A stretch of 64,000 bases of DNA, from assembly GCA_964234715.1 (NCBI GenBank), contig OZ174280.1, one strand, 5' to 3'. Below the pieces are notes generated by a model. The model was not told the origin of the DNA, ran no database searches, and saw only the letters and a list, made by a program, of their open reading frames with translations. The position numbers and the translations under genes were made by a program. The DNA comes from Podarcis melisellensis. Lineage: Eukaryota. Shown one piece after another: positions 11,187 through 24,296 of this stretch (position 1 is the first letter of the stretch; the number at the start of each line of letters is the position of its first letter).

Positions 11187-12009
11187 AAGGTCCAAGCTAC
11201 TACAATATAAAGCTTATAAAACAGACTAGTTCCTGACATGTAAAATGAAATTCAGGATTCAGGTTCCACAGAACTCTTCATCAGGTAGGTAGAAGAATTA
11301 GCTAGTTCTCCATTACACACTGAGATAACCTGTATTCACAGCCAAGCTTGTTCTGCATATAGTTGAAAATCACTTTACTAATCTGTCTAAAGGTTCTGCA
11401 AAGCAGCAAGAACACTTTAATTGTACTAACATTTGACTTGCCCAGAGGCTCTTCCGCAATATTTAACCCCTGGGATGTCCATTTTTTCTCTGTCAAATAA
11501 ATTTATTGCCCACCAATCTTACATTCATGATAGCAAATCATGCCTCCTAGCAACCTCTCAACACCAGCAAGGCCTTTGAAGAGAAGGCTTATTAATCCAG
11601 TTGCAAGCATGCGCACAAAATCTCTAAAGAATAATTCTAGCCATGAATAAGGAGAGACAAATTCTGCCGAATTCAGTTCCTCTCTGTTCATCATCTTCAC
11701 TGTCTTTAATTCAGTTCCTCACATTTCTGCATCAGTTTGCATTTTTTTAAAGGTCCTCGTAAAAATGTGGCAGCACTTTAGCGAACATTTCACCTAATAC
11801 ACACATTTTTGTAAGCAATTTCCCCCAACGTAAAACATTTGTGTTATTTGTGTGTGTGTATGCATATGCATACTTTCCCTTAATATACGTATTTTTGGAC
11901 ACCTTTACTGAGTTGGGGAATGAAAATTTTGGACAAGCGCAAGTATGGAAGGATCAGTGGCGGTCTTTTTAATCGGTTTTCTACCTCTAGGTTCTGTGTG
12001 AATCGCAAA

Positions 12010-12356
12010 TCTCCGCTGCGTTTCTCCGCTCTCCCGGGAAGGCAGGCAGGGGGGAGCAAAGACTTTTGCCCCCCGTCGGCCTTCAGAAGGTCCAGGACCT
12101 CTTCTGAAGGCTGGCGGGGGGCAAAAGTCTTTGTCCCCCCTGCCTGCCTTCCCAGGGGCTTTTAAATCGCCCCGGGACAGCAGAGAATTCCTCCGCTGTC
12201 CCGGGGCAGCGCTGCCGCCCACCAGCATTTTAAGATCGCCCCGGGACAGCGGATTTTCAATGCATTCCTATGGGAAACCGTGCTTCGCAAGACGAAAAAC
12301 TCGCAAGACGAAAAGACTTGCGGAACGAATTAATTTCGTCTTGCGAGGCACCACTG
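12010..12356. mobile_element. Truncated CAGTGGTGCC-family MITE
   Basis: One TIR ...gaggcaccactg|ta; internal sequence shared with 30316-31128. Confidence 0.8.
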
Positions 12357-12509
12357 TACTTGCACTTTGATGTGCTTTTGAACTGCTTGGTTGGCAGGAG
12401 CAGGGACCGAACAACGGGAGCTCACCCTGTCGCGGGGATTCGAACTGCCGACCTTCTGATCGGCAAGCCCTAGGCTCTGTGGTTTAGGCCACAGTGCCAC
12501 CCGTGTTCC
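12357..12509 (-). mobile_element. Sauria SINE, 5' half
   Basis: tRNA-related head with B-box gttcgaatccc; matches the full copy at 15738. Confidence 0.85.
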
Positions 12510-15166
12510 TAGAGCATCACCTAGAACTAGAAAATAATAATAAAAAATTCTGGCAGGAGCAATAGGTTGGTATATGGCCAAGTCAAACAGAGCAAACCAC
12601 TAAAATTGGTAGACTTAATTTAGTCAGCAGTAACTTAAACCCATAGATTTCAGTGGGTCTTACTTAGGGAGTGGTAAGTCAGTCATACCAACCATAGTAT
12701 AAAAATGAAAAAAACAAAAAGAGAGAGAGGGAAGTAAAAATAGGTTTGTTCTAAAGGCAGCATCAAAGTAAGATCAAATCATTTTCAGAAATTGATACTA
12801 AAAAGGGCAAGTCCCTGTGAGGAAGGCATGGCAGAGAACTCTATTAACATCTTGCGCTGCATTAGCAGCCAAGCTAATTCAAAGAAGCAAGCTTTTCTGC
12901 CTCCGCATCCCCAGGCCATAATTCTCTTCCACAGCAGCTGAACTGGTCTGTTACCCTCTGGTAGTTGAATTATTGATGTGGGCAAATTATAATTTATGTT
13001 AAGATTTCACTACAAATAAAGGAACCAAGAAGCTCGCGAAACACACACACAATGAAAAGCACATAGCTTTCCTCACCTCTTGGTCTCACCTCTTGAATTG
13101 TTTGCCCACAACGCTATCACCACCCCTGCTGCCAAACCTCCTTTCCTGGGGTTCTGCCTGCCACCTTTCTCCCCTATTGTTTCTTCTTATTAGTATTCAG
13201 GTGATGTAGCGGAAAGATGTTGCTCTAGGCAGGCAATTATATCTCAATCTCCACTAGCGAGTCCTACCAGTCCTCTTCAGTGCTGTTTGTAAGGCTGGAA
13301 AATCAGGGCATTGGTATTCCAACCAGAGCACCCAAGCACCACGTGCCTGCTTCATTTGCAAAAAGGATACATGCTATATGTGCTTACGATGATGTCTGTG
13401 TGTATTTGGAAAGAACGAACCCTTAAAAAGAAGCAGCAGGAAGTGCAGGTGATAACGAGTTAGGAAAAGCTGTTGTGCTTTGGACCCGCCACTCATTAGC
13501 AGTTCAGAATATTAGAAGATGGAATTTTAAAAAAAACCTTTGTTGCCTATTTCAAATAAGTAGTTGCTTTGTTTTATTTTTCAAAACAATAGACAATTCA
13601 TCATAATCCACCCTTGTCATCGTTTCAATTTTATTAAGCTAATTCCAGTTAAGATCTGGCTGTTTAGTTAAACCACTCTACAAAACATGTATACACATGT
13701 TTTAAAGGACTTATTGCATAAATAATGGCCACAATAAGCATATGTACCAATTTGTTTCCTGGTATGGGGTTTTTTTGGCATGTGCATTCTAATGACTTCA
13801 TTTATTCTTTATTCCATTTATTGTAGAATGACAATATATTATTTTGTGTTAAGTACTTGGTTTTTCCTGGCATCTGTACAACACAGGAAGACGACTGGGC
13901 TCATTTGGCACACAATCTCAAGTTCTCTGTTTTAAAAATAACTACATATCAAAACTGTAAAAAGCGTTGAGGTCTGCCTCAACACATCTTTTCCCATAAG
14001 ACAATTCTTAATGCAGAGAAAAAATGTCTCCAACATGCACTTGGAAGCTGACATGCTCAGCAGCCTCTAATTTCTGCCATACTTTAAGAAGTGACTGTAC
14101 ATGTTTGTTTTCTGATAGTATTTCTGTGTCAATCAAAGTCACAGACAGGCAATCCACAAGCACTGGCCTGCAAAGCCTGCAGGTTTATATCAGTGATATA
14201 TTACCACGCATAGTTCATGCTGAACTAATCTTTCGTAATAAACACCTGCCATGTCCTTTGTGCACTTATAGCCTTACTGTGTCTCACTCACTCATTTTTC
14301 TGCCATTACATAAACAAGTCACACATTCGACCAATGTGCTCAGAATATTGCGTTGAAATGAAAAATAATAATACAAATTTGCATCCTTTTCTAATGTGGA
14401 TTGATAAGTTCTTGAAGTAACTGCCAGGCAATATGGAAGGAAGAAAGCAGAATAGCTTCCTTCCGATACATTCTCTCTCTTTTTTTATGCATTGTGAAAA
14501 TGGCCGCTCTATAAAACAGAAACATTTCCACCGTACAAACTGTTAACATTATATTTGCTTTGAATGAATTTACTTTATTTACTCTCTCGATTTATCTTAG
14601 AGAAGGCAAACAATATATTCTGTTCAATGCAGCTTGAGGGGAAAGGGGCAGAAAATCAATGCCCTGTGTTATTGAAAAACTGGCACAGAGCACAATAGCA
14701 TGTGATAAGTATTCTGGGAGGGTCAGTCGCTGCAGGTAGCTGCGGTTTCTGCTGATTGTTAAAGCCATGATAATAGGACCAGGAAATCTGAGGGGTTATC
14801 AGAAAGCTGCCTTAATCTTCAGATAAGTACTACAGTAAGATACAGGCCTTCTGACTGAACATGAATCATATTGTTCCACCTACTAAGTCAGAACAGTTTC
14901 ATTCATCCCAAGCTACATTCATTTCAGCTTTAGCCTAGGCTATCAATTGCTCAGATGAGAAGCTAAACAGAGTATAGTTAAAGGACCACGAAGCCCTACG
15001 CTGAACTCTAAACTATGACTCCCTGTCTTGCATTCACTTTCACCTTCCCTTGCAAGGGTACAGAAGCAGTTCTGCCAGCACCCTTATCACATCCTGCTAA
15101 TTTTAGGCAGTAATGTGGAACGCAAAGCACCAGCCCTACCACTAGGCAAGAGTGAAGAAACAGATA

Positions 15167-15484
15167 AGGTAAAGGTACCCCTGCCCGTAGGGGTCAGTCG
15201 TGCCCGACTCTAGGGATGTGCGCCCATCTCACTTAAGAGACCGGGGGCCAGCGCTGTCCGGAGACTGCACCAGCGCAGCGCACGGAAACGCTGTTTACCT
15301 TCCCGCTAGAAAGCGGTACCTATTTATCTACTTGCACTTAGGGGTGCTTTCGAACTGCTAGGTGGGCAGGAGCTGGGACTGAAAGACGGGAGCTCACCCT
15401 GCCGCGAGGATTCGAACCGCCGACCATGCGATCGGCAAGCCCTAGGCACTGAGGTTTTACCCACAGCGCCACCTGCGTCCCATA
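15167..15484 (-). mobile_element. Sauria SINE (variant subfamily)
   Basis: tRNA-related head, ACCTTT tail, 13-bp TSD gaagaaacagata. Confidence 0.9.
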
Positions 15485-15737
15485 GAAGAAACAGATACTA
15501 AGGGGCAAAGAGCAATGGGGAGGTGCTGGGAGAACAGAGCTACGTGTACCAAGCACCCTGCCCTTGGCTAACCTCTCAAGTGCTGAAGAAAGATCCGATT
15601 GCTAGTCCGACTGACTTCTGTGCACAGAACATGGAAAAGCACCACCTCTTCCTTTTGTCTCAGGCAGCAAAAGATCTTGGGCTCACTCCTGAGAAGGAAG
15701 GATCATTTAATACTTGCTATACAGTGGATACTGTATA

Positions 15738-16086
15738 ACGCGGGTGGCACTGTGGGTTAAATCACAGAGCCTAGGACTTGCCGATCAGAAGGTCGGCAGT
15801 TCGAATCCCCGTGACGGGGTGAGCTCCCTTTGCTCGGTCCCAGCTCCTGCCAACCTAGCAGTTCGAAAGCATGTCAAAGTGGAAGTAGATAAATAGGTAC
15901 CGCTCCAGTGGGAAGGTAAATGGCGTTTTTGTGCGCTGCTCTGGTTCGCCAGAAGCAGCTTAGTCATGCTGGCCACATGACCCGGAAGCTGTACGCCGGC
16001 TCCCTCGGCCAGTAAAGCGAGATGAGCATCGCAACCACAGAGTCGTCCACGACTGGACCTAATGGTCAGGGGTCCCTTTACCTTTA
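15738..16086 (+). mobile_element. Sauria SINE, full length
   Basis: A/B boxes (gtggcactgtgg, gttcgaatccc), cctttaccttta tail. Confidence 0.92.
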
Positions 16087-16089
16087 TAT

Positions 16090-16250
16090 ACAGTGGTACC
16101 TCGGTTTATGAACTTAATCCGTTCCGGAATTCAATTCTTAAACCGAAACCGTTCTTAAACAGAGGCGCGCTTTCCCTAATGAGGCCTCCCGCCGCAGGTG
16201 CCCTTCCACCGTTTGTATTCCATTCTTAGACCGAGGTAAAGTTCTCAAAC
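16090..16250. mobile_element. Mariner-type MITE end (cagtggtacctcgg)
   Basis: TA plus TIR; the other end is not seen. Confidence 0.6.
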
Positions 16251-17718
16251 AGATACAACTAAAACACACAATAAATATTTAAATACTTCAAAAGCTTTTT
16301 ATCTTTTAACTTTTTATGTTTTGAAGTGTGGTTGTGAGGTTTTTTTAAATAAACTATCAAGTGGTATATAAATTTTACAAAATAAACAACATGTACTAAT
16401 CTTCTTGAATGCGACTGTATTGTGCAAATCTTTCATAAGTTGCTCTGAGAGTCTCCTGAAGCTGTAAAGCAGAATATAAACATTCTGAATAAATATCAGA
16501 CAGATCTCACAGAAATTTTTTTTGGGTGCCTTTTAAAAATTATTGGCTTGTAAGTAATTGGTTTGGATTCACTGTTGCCTTGTGTGCACTATGGGAGTGA
16601 CACAGAAGAAATCGAATACTCCTCTGGCCCTGTTTATTATTGAGTAAATAACATGTGGGCAAATTATTTTTTCATTCAGGAACCCTGACAAGCTCCTAAG
16701 AGTCCAACGTTCCTTCAAAACAGTTTGAAAGCCACTGCTTTCAAGGGTGCTAGTTTCCAAAGCACTGTTTAATTCTTCCAGTTAAGTTTGTATAATGATT
16801 CATAATTATAATAATAGATAAGGTGTTAAGAAAAGGCCACACAATTTAAGAGATGAAAAAGGTAATTCACTTATAGATGTTGTAATAGCTAACTTAATCA
16901 AACTGTTTGGTTAAGAGATTCTCCCCATCTTAATTACTGTTGGTTGCTGGAACCCATTTAATGGAAAAAATAGATGGTTATGAAACAGCCTGAAATAGAT
17001 CTGGGATGATTTAGTATATTTTCAAGTTGCTGACATCTCACTTCTCTTGTTTAGATCTTTTTAAAAAATGTATCCAAGTCAAGGCAGTGGCTCAAATTTT
17101 CAATTTGACTGGTTTTGGAATAAGCAGCTCATCTGTGCTTTAAAATAATTCAGAATTATTTGGCAACAGATTATGGGGGGGAAGCAGCCACAAAACAATG
17201 AAAGCCCCATTTTCTCGTCCACACACATGCGGGACAGTGGCTTGTATTCAAAGTAAGGTGGCCCCTCAATGCAAAGGCTTTCTGCTTCTACAATGGGATT
17301 TCACCCTCCCCTCTTCCCCCTGGCCCTAAATCTGTTCTAGGTGGTCCTTCAACCCTCAGGAGCAGATGTGGGAAGGGTGCAGCGGTGTGGGGAGGGGGGG
17401 GGGAGAGAGGGGAAGTCCCACTGTGCAAATGGAAGTTCTTGTGCAGACCAGACAAGGCAGTTGATTATCACCCAGTCAGTCAAACTTTCCCCCGCAGCCA
17501 TATAGAGTAGACTTTGCTTCGAAAAATGTAAAAGGGAGCTATCCAGAATACATACATTCCTTATTATTTATTTTAGAAGATAATCAGCATATGCAGAAGG
17601 AAGTACAAAGCCAGTATAAAGTAGAAGCGTTAGTAGAAATTTGTCCTCTTATATTAAATGTAGTAATTATCTGCAGATGGCAATTTAACAACACAAGTTA
17701 CTAAGTCAGAAACTAGTA

Positions 17719-17936
17719 CAGTCGTACCTTGTTTCTCGAACAGAATGATTTCCGGGAGTCTGTTCAACTCCCAGAACCATTCGAAAACCGAGGCGTGGCT
17801 TCCAATTGGGAGCATCCTGCTGTGCCGAATGTTCGACTTCCGAAAATCGCTCAAAAACCAGAACACTCACTTCTGGGTTTCAATTGTTTGGGAGCCGATT
17901 TGTTCGGGAGCCAAGGAGTTTGAGATCCAAGGTACT
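17719..17936. mobile_element. Mariner/Tigger-type MITE
   Basis: ta|cagtcgtaccttg ... ccaaggtact termini; CpG-rich. Confidence 0.65.
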
Positions 17937-19120
17937 TGAGATACATAGACTTGGCGCGGTGGGAGGTAAAATGAATGATTTGTGTGGTTTCAGTTTGGTC
18001 AAATAAATGGTTTAGAGTTTAAGCTGGATGGGAAATTTACAAGATAAATTTCTGTCTGACTTTAGGATTTCTAGCACTGCATATGTGCTTGCCTCTCTGC
18101 TTTCCTCCTCTTAGAAAGCTTCTGAGAAACTATTGAAAAAAATCACAATTGAGGCTCCTGTGTAACGTTCCACAGCTCAGGATATTGGGGAATACAAACA
18201 AAACAACAACATCTAGTAGGATGCTATCCCTACAAGTAATGGTTTGAGAGGGATTCATATCCATTGACATGTTTTAGTTACAAGGCTGAATGAGAAGGGA
18301 GCGCACTACAACCTTGGCTGTCGATTTTGAAGGGTAAATGTTTTACCAGAAGCAACAAGTTTCAAAAAAAGAACTGCTAATATCCTACACAACGAATTAT
18401 CTCCCCTTGCGCTCATATGGGTAAAACTTTCCAGTATCCCAGGCTAAACGCATGATATGCAGCAAGTCCTACTAATTTCAGTCACAATTACACGCATAAA
18501 TGTGCTTGGATGGCTGCCATAGATAATGCAGCTTAAGTGCTTGATGTGGCTGTTCAAAACTCTGTCCCAAAGGAGTCTAGCTAATCTATATAAATATGCG
18601 CGTGAGAATCAGACTCTGGGAAAAAGCCAGAAATTTCCTTGACTGCAACAATCAATGAAGGAAAACAATTCCACCAGAACAGCTGTAACATGTTCAGCGG
18701 CTCCTACACAAAGAGATGATGGCAGCCAACAGCAACCTGACCTTCCATAAAGAGGATTATTGGTTTCTAGGCTGGTGGCTGGGAGCCCACCTCCCCCTTC
18801 TCCCTGAAGCTAGCAACTGCATATAAGAGCGTAATGGGGTGGGAGGCCTTTGAAAAAATAATGAACATACTTCTGTCGCCATGGCAACCATTACAGGCCT
18901 GTTCTTCTGCACAATTCAAGCAGTAAGCAACAAGGTCCCCTCCCCGGGTTTTCACACTAACGTCCCTTTAGAAGCACATCCATTCTTAATGCCAAAGGGC
19001 TGACTTCCCAATTTCACATCACCTTCCATTTCTCCCTATTATACCACACCGACGACCTGGGGTGCTTCCCTCTATCGGTACTACCGTGGTATTTCACTAC
19101 CAGCTCTGAACTAGGCTATT

Positions 19121-19502
19121 GTTCTTGTTGTTTAGTCATTTAGTCGTGTCCGACTCTTCGTGACCCCATGGACCAGAGCACGCCAGGCACTCCTGTCTTC
19201 CACTGCCTCCCGCAGTTTGGTCAAACTCATGCTGGTAGCTTCGAGAACACTATCCAACCATCTCATCCTCTGTCGTCCCCTTCTCCTTGTGCCCTCCATC
19301 TTTCCCAACATCAGGGTCTTTTCCAGGGAATCTTCTCTTCTCATGAGGTGGCCAAAGTATTGGAGCCTCACCTTCAGGATCTGTCCTTCCAGTGAGCACT
19401 CAGGGCTGATTTCCTTAAGAATGGAGAGGTTTGATCTTCTTGCAGTCCATGGGACTCTCGAGAGTCTCCTCCAGCACCATAATTCAATAGCATCAATTCT
19501 TC
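19121..19502 (-). mobile_element. Bov-B LINE, 5'-truncated
   Basis: RT C-terminal peptide; 12-bp TSD aactaggctatt. Confidence 0.92.
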
Positions 19503-20155
19503 AACTAGGCTATTAGTTTCTGGCTAATCAGGCTAAAGAAACACAGAGATGAACGCAACTCAAAAGGCACACGTTATAATAGAGCTTTCAATTACAATAA
19601 AAAAAAGCTAAAGATGCTCTATTATTGGAATGATTCCTCTTAATCAGAGGAATCTCCCAACTTATGAGACTACCTGAGGGAAATGTCTTTTGTTTTTGAG
19701 TCCTAGTATGTTTTGACCCGCTGAAGACAAATCTATCTATACTTAAGGAATCCAACTTTGAAGCCTAAAGCCGTGAGTGGCAGTCAATATAACCAAAAAC
19801 ATCTCCTCATCAGCATTAACTAGCTGTTAAAGCAGCAGCTTAACCAATTTTGATGAAATTTATTTCAGGCAAATATTAGACCTAACATTTATCCCAAAGC
19901 TTTTGAGAGGCCTAAGTTGGAAAACTATGAAACGGCAGCCAACTGAGTATTTTTTCAGGCAGCAATGCAAAATCTGTACGAAAATACATTGCGAAACCGT
20001 GTCAGTCACAGAATATTAAATGCCACAAAATTTGTTGTATAAACCGGTCTTCTGTGACACTGCAATGCTAAGAAAATAGAAATTTAAACATCCAAATGAT
20101 AAGAAAGAGCAGCAACCCAACTCCCTCAGTTGCTATGAGCTGTTTGTCACTTATG

Positions 20156-20157
<2 letters not shown>

Positions 20158-20216
<59 letters not shown>
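20158..20216. repeat. (GA)n microsatellite
   Basis: About 28 GA units. Confidence 0.97.
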
Positions 20217-20218
<2 letters not shown>

Positions 20219-22103
20219 GAGCGAGGGGCTACTTTTGTGGCATGCAAGTAAAGAAGAGGGAGAAGCCATTCTGCACTTCAAATCTGTCCTGCTTCTAGTC
20301 AGCTTAGCTTGGGCATTTGTCTCTGCAGAAAAATCTCCTGTTTCGACTTCCTGACCACTCTTGTTGTGGTCGTTTTGTTAGTTTTTTTGCCTCTTTATCT
20401 ACTTGTTTGTCTTGTCGTTCCCGCCCCCGTTCCTTCCTCTGTTGAAATAAATAATTATCTGGGTGCACACCCTAAAGAAATGTGCTGTGCACATGTATGA
20501 GTGGAAAGGACTGGGGTTTTTTTTATTCTTAACTCTATAACCAAGGTTCTAGTGCTAAAGCCAAAACTCCCTCTTCCCCAGACAAGCCCCCCAGAAGAAG
20601 ACAGCACTGGTGCTGCAAAGAGGAGATGGGGACTGTCAGAGGGCAGAAATAAAAGTGTGTGTGGCTGTGCTTGGTGTGTGTGTGTTTTATGTGTGTGGTT
20701 GGAGCCACCCCCCTGCTTTAGGTGGCACAATTTGTTGTGCTGAACCTGAAGAGGAGGAGGAGATTTAGAAGCTTACCGGAGGGCTATTTTAAAAAGTTGA
20801 TATTCTGCAGCTCAAATTCTGCTTTTGTTGTACCTACAAGCATGCAGATTACTCAAAGCATGCACTTTTGCCTACATGTGCGGATAAATCAGGATGTGTT
20901 TTAAAGGCAGTCTGAAATCTCTTGACTCATATGGGAGTTGAAGGGGAAAGAACAAAGACAAGCCCTGTGACTGCCTGAAGCACAAGGAAGAAAAAGCCTT
21001 ATTCTTCTGCAAGAACAGCAAAAGCAAATCACTATGGTTTCCACGGAGATGTGGAAACATGTTGGTTCAGATACCTTAATCTGCAGATTAATGTCTTGGA
21101 AGCAATTGCCCATCATTCTGAGTAAAAATTACACCTGGAAGTCAAAAGGCACTGGGAACATTTCTCAACACTCATACGATTATGGTCACTTTTCAGTTTT
21201 ATCCAGCACTGTCAACGCCCATCCTAAAAAGGTGGTTAATTACAAAACATAGTCTTGAACCATTGTTAATTTTTTTCAATATCTAGCAGCTAGACCATTT
21301 TTGTTCACAGCAAAAACATATGAGGGGAGGGATCTTTTCCTACCTTGATAGGAAATGTTTTGCAACCATCATTTTTTACCCTCACAAATTTTCCCAAATA
21401 TAGGAAATGGCAATGATGGTTTACAAGTTTCCCTGAGATGCTTAAGATAGTCAGACTGTATAAATATAAATTCCATATAGGCTGCAATCCTAACCCTACT
21501 TTCCTGAGTGTGCATTCCATTGAATTCAACAGAATTACTTCTGGTATGATCTTAATTGTTAATGAGAAACAAATAATTCTTTTCTGGGGCCAACTTGCAG
21601 GTTTAATAGATTTAGAATGCATTTTATGATTCCTATTTTAAAGACATTTAACTGCATTTACTCATGTTCACCTGCTGCCACCCTCATCTCTTCCCTCCCT
21701 TAGTTTCTCCATTGTTAAAACTTTGATTGCAAACTTCTTGGGAGTATGGACTTATTAAGCATCTGTAATGTAACCACGGTCTTGTATAAATAGTAATTTG
21801 GGAAGAGAGAAATTGTAGAGAGAAATAAATACAACTGTTTTAAACGGTGGGCATGAAGAACTAACTTATTGAGCCATGCTCAAGTTTAAACACAGTCCAT
21901 AGTGAAATGGGTGGGGGGGTTGAAAGGCAAGTGAACTATTTCCCCAGAAGATATGATTGAGTCTTAACCTGTACCCCCTGAATTCTGCAATGGTTTCTCC
22001 TCGATGTCTCATAAATATACACTGCCAACCGTTCTGAGAAATAAGATGCTGGTATTTAAAGTAGAAGAATCAAACCGACCAGCAAAGGCTCTCAAACCAG
22101 TAC

Positions 22104-22298
22104 CTTTATGAGTGCTGTAAAGGGCTGCAAATGTCACCATAAAGAAGGTTGTGGAGTATTTGCCAGCATTAACAAGGTGGGGGAAGGCCCGCTTGGTGTC
22201 ACGGTATCGGCGCAGGCACTGGACGAATCTCAACCACGCAGGAATGCACTGGACAACTGCTCGCACTCCATAGGCATAGGTGTTGCAGATCTGACCAA
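22104..22298 (-). CDS. XPR1: XPR1 exon 11 ([64 protein letters not shown])
   Basis: 195 nt, tttttgcag acceptor, gtactg donor. Confidence 0.96.
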
Positions 22299-22782
22299 CT
22301 GCAAAAATAAAGACAAGCTTCTAAATGCAAGGCAAAATATGTCCTGTAGTTTCCTCTTGAAATTGTCTCATTTTAACAAAGGAAAGTAGCTTTGTGCTTC
22401 AAGCAATGGCCCAACATTATTAATCTAATGCTTCTCCAGTCCAGGGACATTAAATATCAATGCCTCATCACATGAAGTTATGGTATGGAAACTTAGCAAA
22501 CAAATGAAGCAAACACACCACCACCAACAATTCGCCCACACCACCACCCTAAACTGGACTTTAAAACCTAGCTTATCAGAAGCACTTTCCTATAAACTTT
22601 AAGTTCCTAATTAGGTGCTATAAACAAACACTATTCACACACACCAAGTAAATGTGTGTGGTTGTGTTGTTTTTTTTGACTGCATGCCAAATGCCTATAT
22701 TTGTTATGGTTTTCCATTGAGCAAATAAGCCTAAATTTGCCTGCACATGGCCGTTAATGAAGCTCCCTTCTCATTGACATAC

Positions 22783-22948
22783 CTGGATCTGCCAGCAATG
22801 CATCATTGGCTGCCCACTGGAGCTCAAAGCTATAGAAACAAATCATGTATTCAAGGTCCATAAGTATCACAGCCAGACTATTAAGCTGGTCGGCCAGCCA
22901 GAAATCTGCAAAGCCCACCTTATGGAAGGGGGCAGTGAACACCCGAAA
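22783..22948 (-). CDS. XPR1: XPR1 exon 10 ([55 protein letters not shown])
   Basis: 166 nt, ttttgcag acceptor, gtatgt donor; [11 protein letters not shown] motif. Confidence 0.96.
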
Positions 22949-23940
22949 CTGCAAAAGAAAAAGAAAAAGTGTCATACACATTTAGTCACCAGAAAACATA
23001 GTTATAGAAAATGATAGCATGTTCTCTTCTATAGAAATGATCAAATTATCCAGCATTATAGGACAGATCTGTGGCAGTGTAACTATGTAAACCCTTTGTT
23101 TATTATATGTACCTGATTGATAGAATCATTTGGCCATCATACAGTTCTTGGATAAATGCAGCTGTACAGTGTTGGCACTTGGTAATAAAATTGGTAATAA
23201 CATCACATATTTTTTGTAAGGTGAGTGATGTAAATAGTGAAATATTGTTGAGTATCCGGCCTACAAACATACCAAGTGTAGGAAACGTGTTCAGCATCAA
23301 GGACCACCAATAGAAATGTTTGCTGTCTTCTTCACCCATGATGGCTGGAGGGAATTTGAACTAATAGTAAAAACAGATTTTTCTCCATCTCATCCCATTT
23401 CCCCCTCAAGGTCTGAAATCAGCTATGCGCCTCTCGAGCTAGACCATTTCATGCTCCATTTACCTCAGATTACAGCTCTTCCTGCCTGCTTAGTTGTAAC
23501 AACAAAACGCTAAAAGGGCAACATTAAGATTATCTAGTCTTGATGCTCAGTTGTACACAACACAAACAAGCAGGAGATACAGAATAATGCTTGCATTGTT
23601 GAAGATTCAGACATGTTCCAATCAATACCTTGTTGATTTCCTAACAAAAGACTAACACATTTGGCAAATGTGTAACCAGTAAGATCATCGTCATTTAGAT
23701 CCCCGCCACGTTTGAGCTAACTAGTAACAACAGTAGCACAGAACTCAAGTCAGCAAGTGCAAATTATCATGAAAAACACCCATTTGTGTGCATGACACAC
23801 TTACTGCAGACTAAGGCTGTGTACAACCAATAGTCCACAACTTCTTAAAACAGCAGATCTGTGTTCTACCACAGGATGTGTTTGATATCCAGATTTTGGC
23901 TTACATTAACTCAGAATTCCAATTATGACCAAACAGTGTA

Positions 23941-24296
23941 AAGGTAAAGGGACCCCTGACCATTAGGTCCAGTGGCGGACAACTCTGGGGTTGCGGTGCT
24001 CATCTCACTTTATTGGCCGAGGGAGCTGGCGTACAGCTTCCAAGTCATGTGGGCAGCATGACTAAGCCGCTTCTGGTGAACCAAAGCAGCGCTCGGAAAC
24101 GCTGTTTACCTTCCCGCCGGAGCGGTACCTATTTATCTACTTGCACTTTGACGTGCTTTTGAACCGCTAGGTTGGCAGGAGCAGGGACTGAGCAACGGGA
24201 GCTCACCCTGTGGTGGGGATTCGAACTGCCGATCTTCTGATCGGCAAGCCCTAGGCCTAGGCTCTGTGGTTTAACCCACAGCACCATCCCTGTCCC
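23941..24296 (-). mobile_element. Sauria SINE, full length
   Basis: Reverse complement of the 15738 copy; TSD aaacagtgta. Confidence 0.92.
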
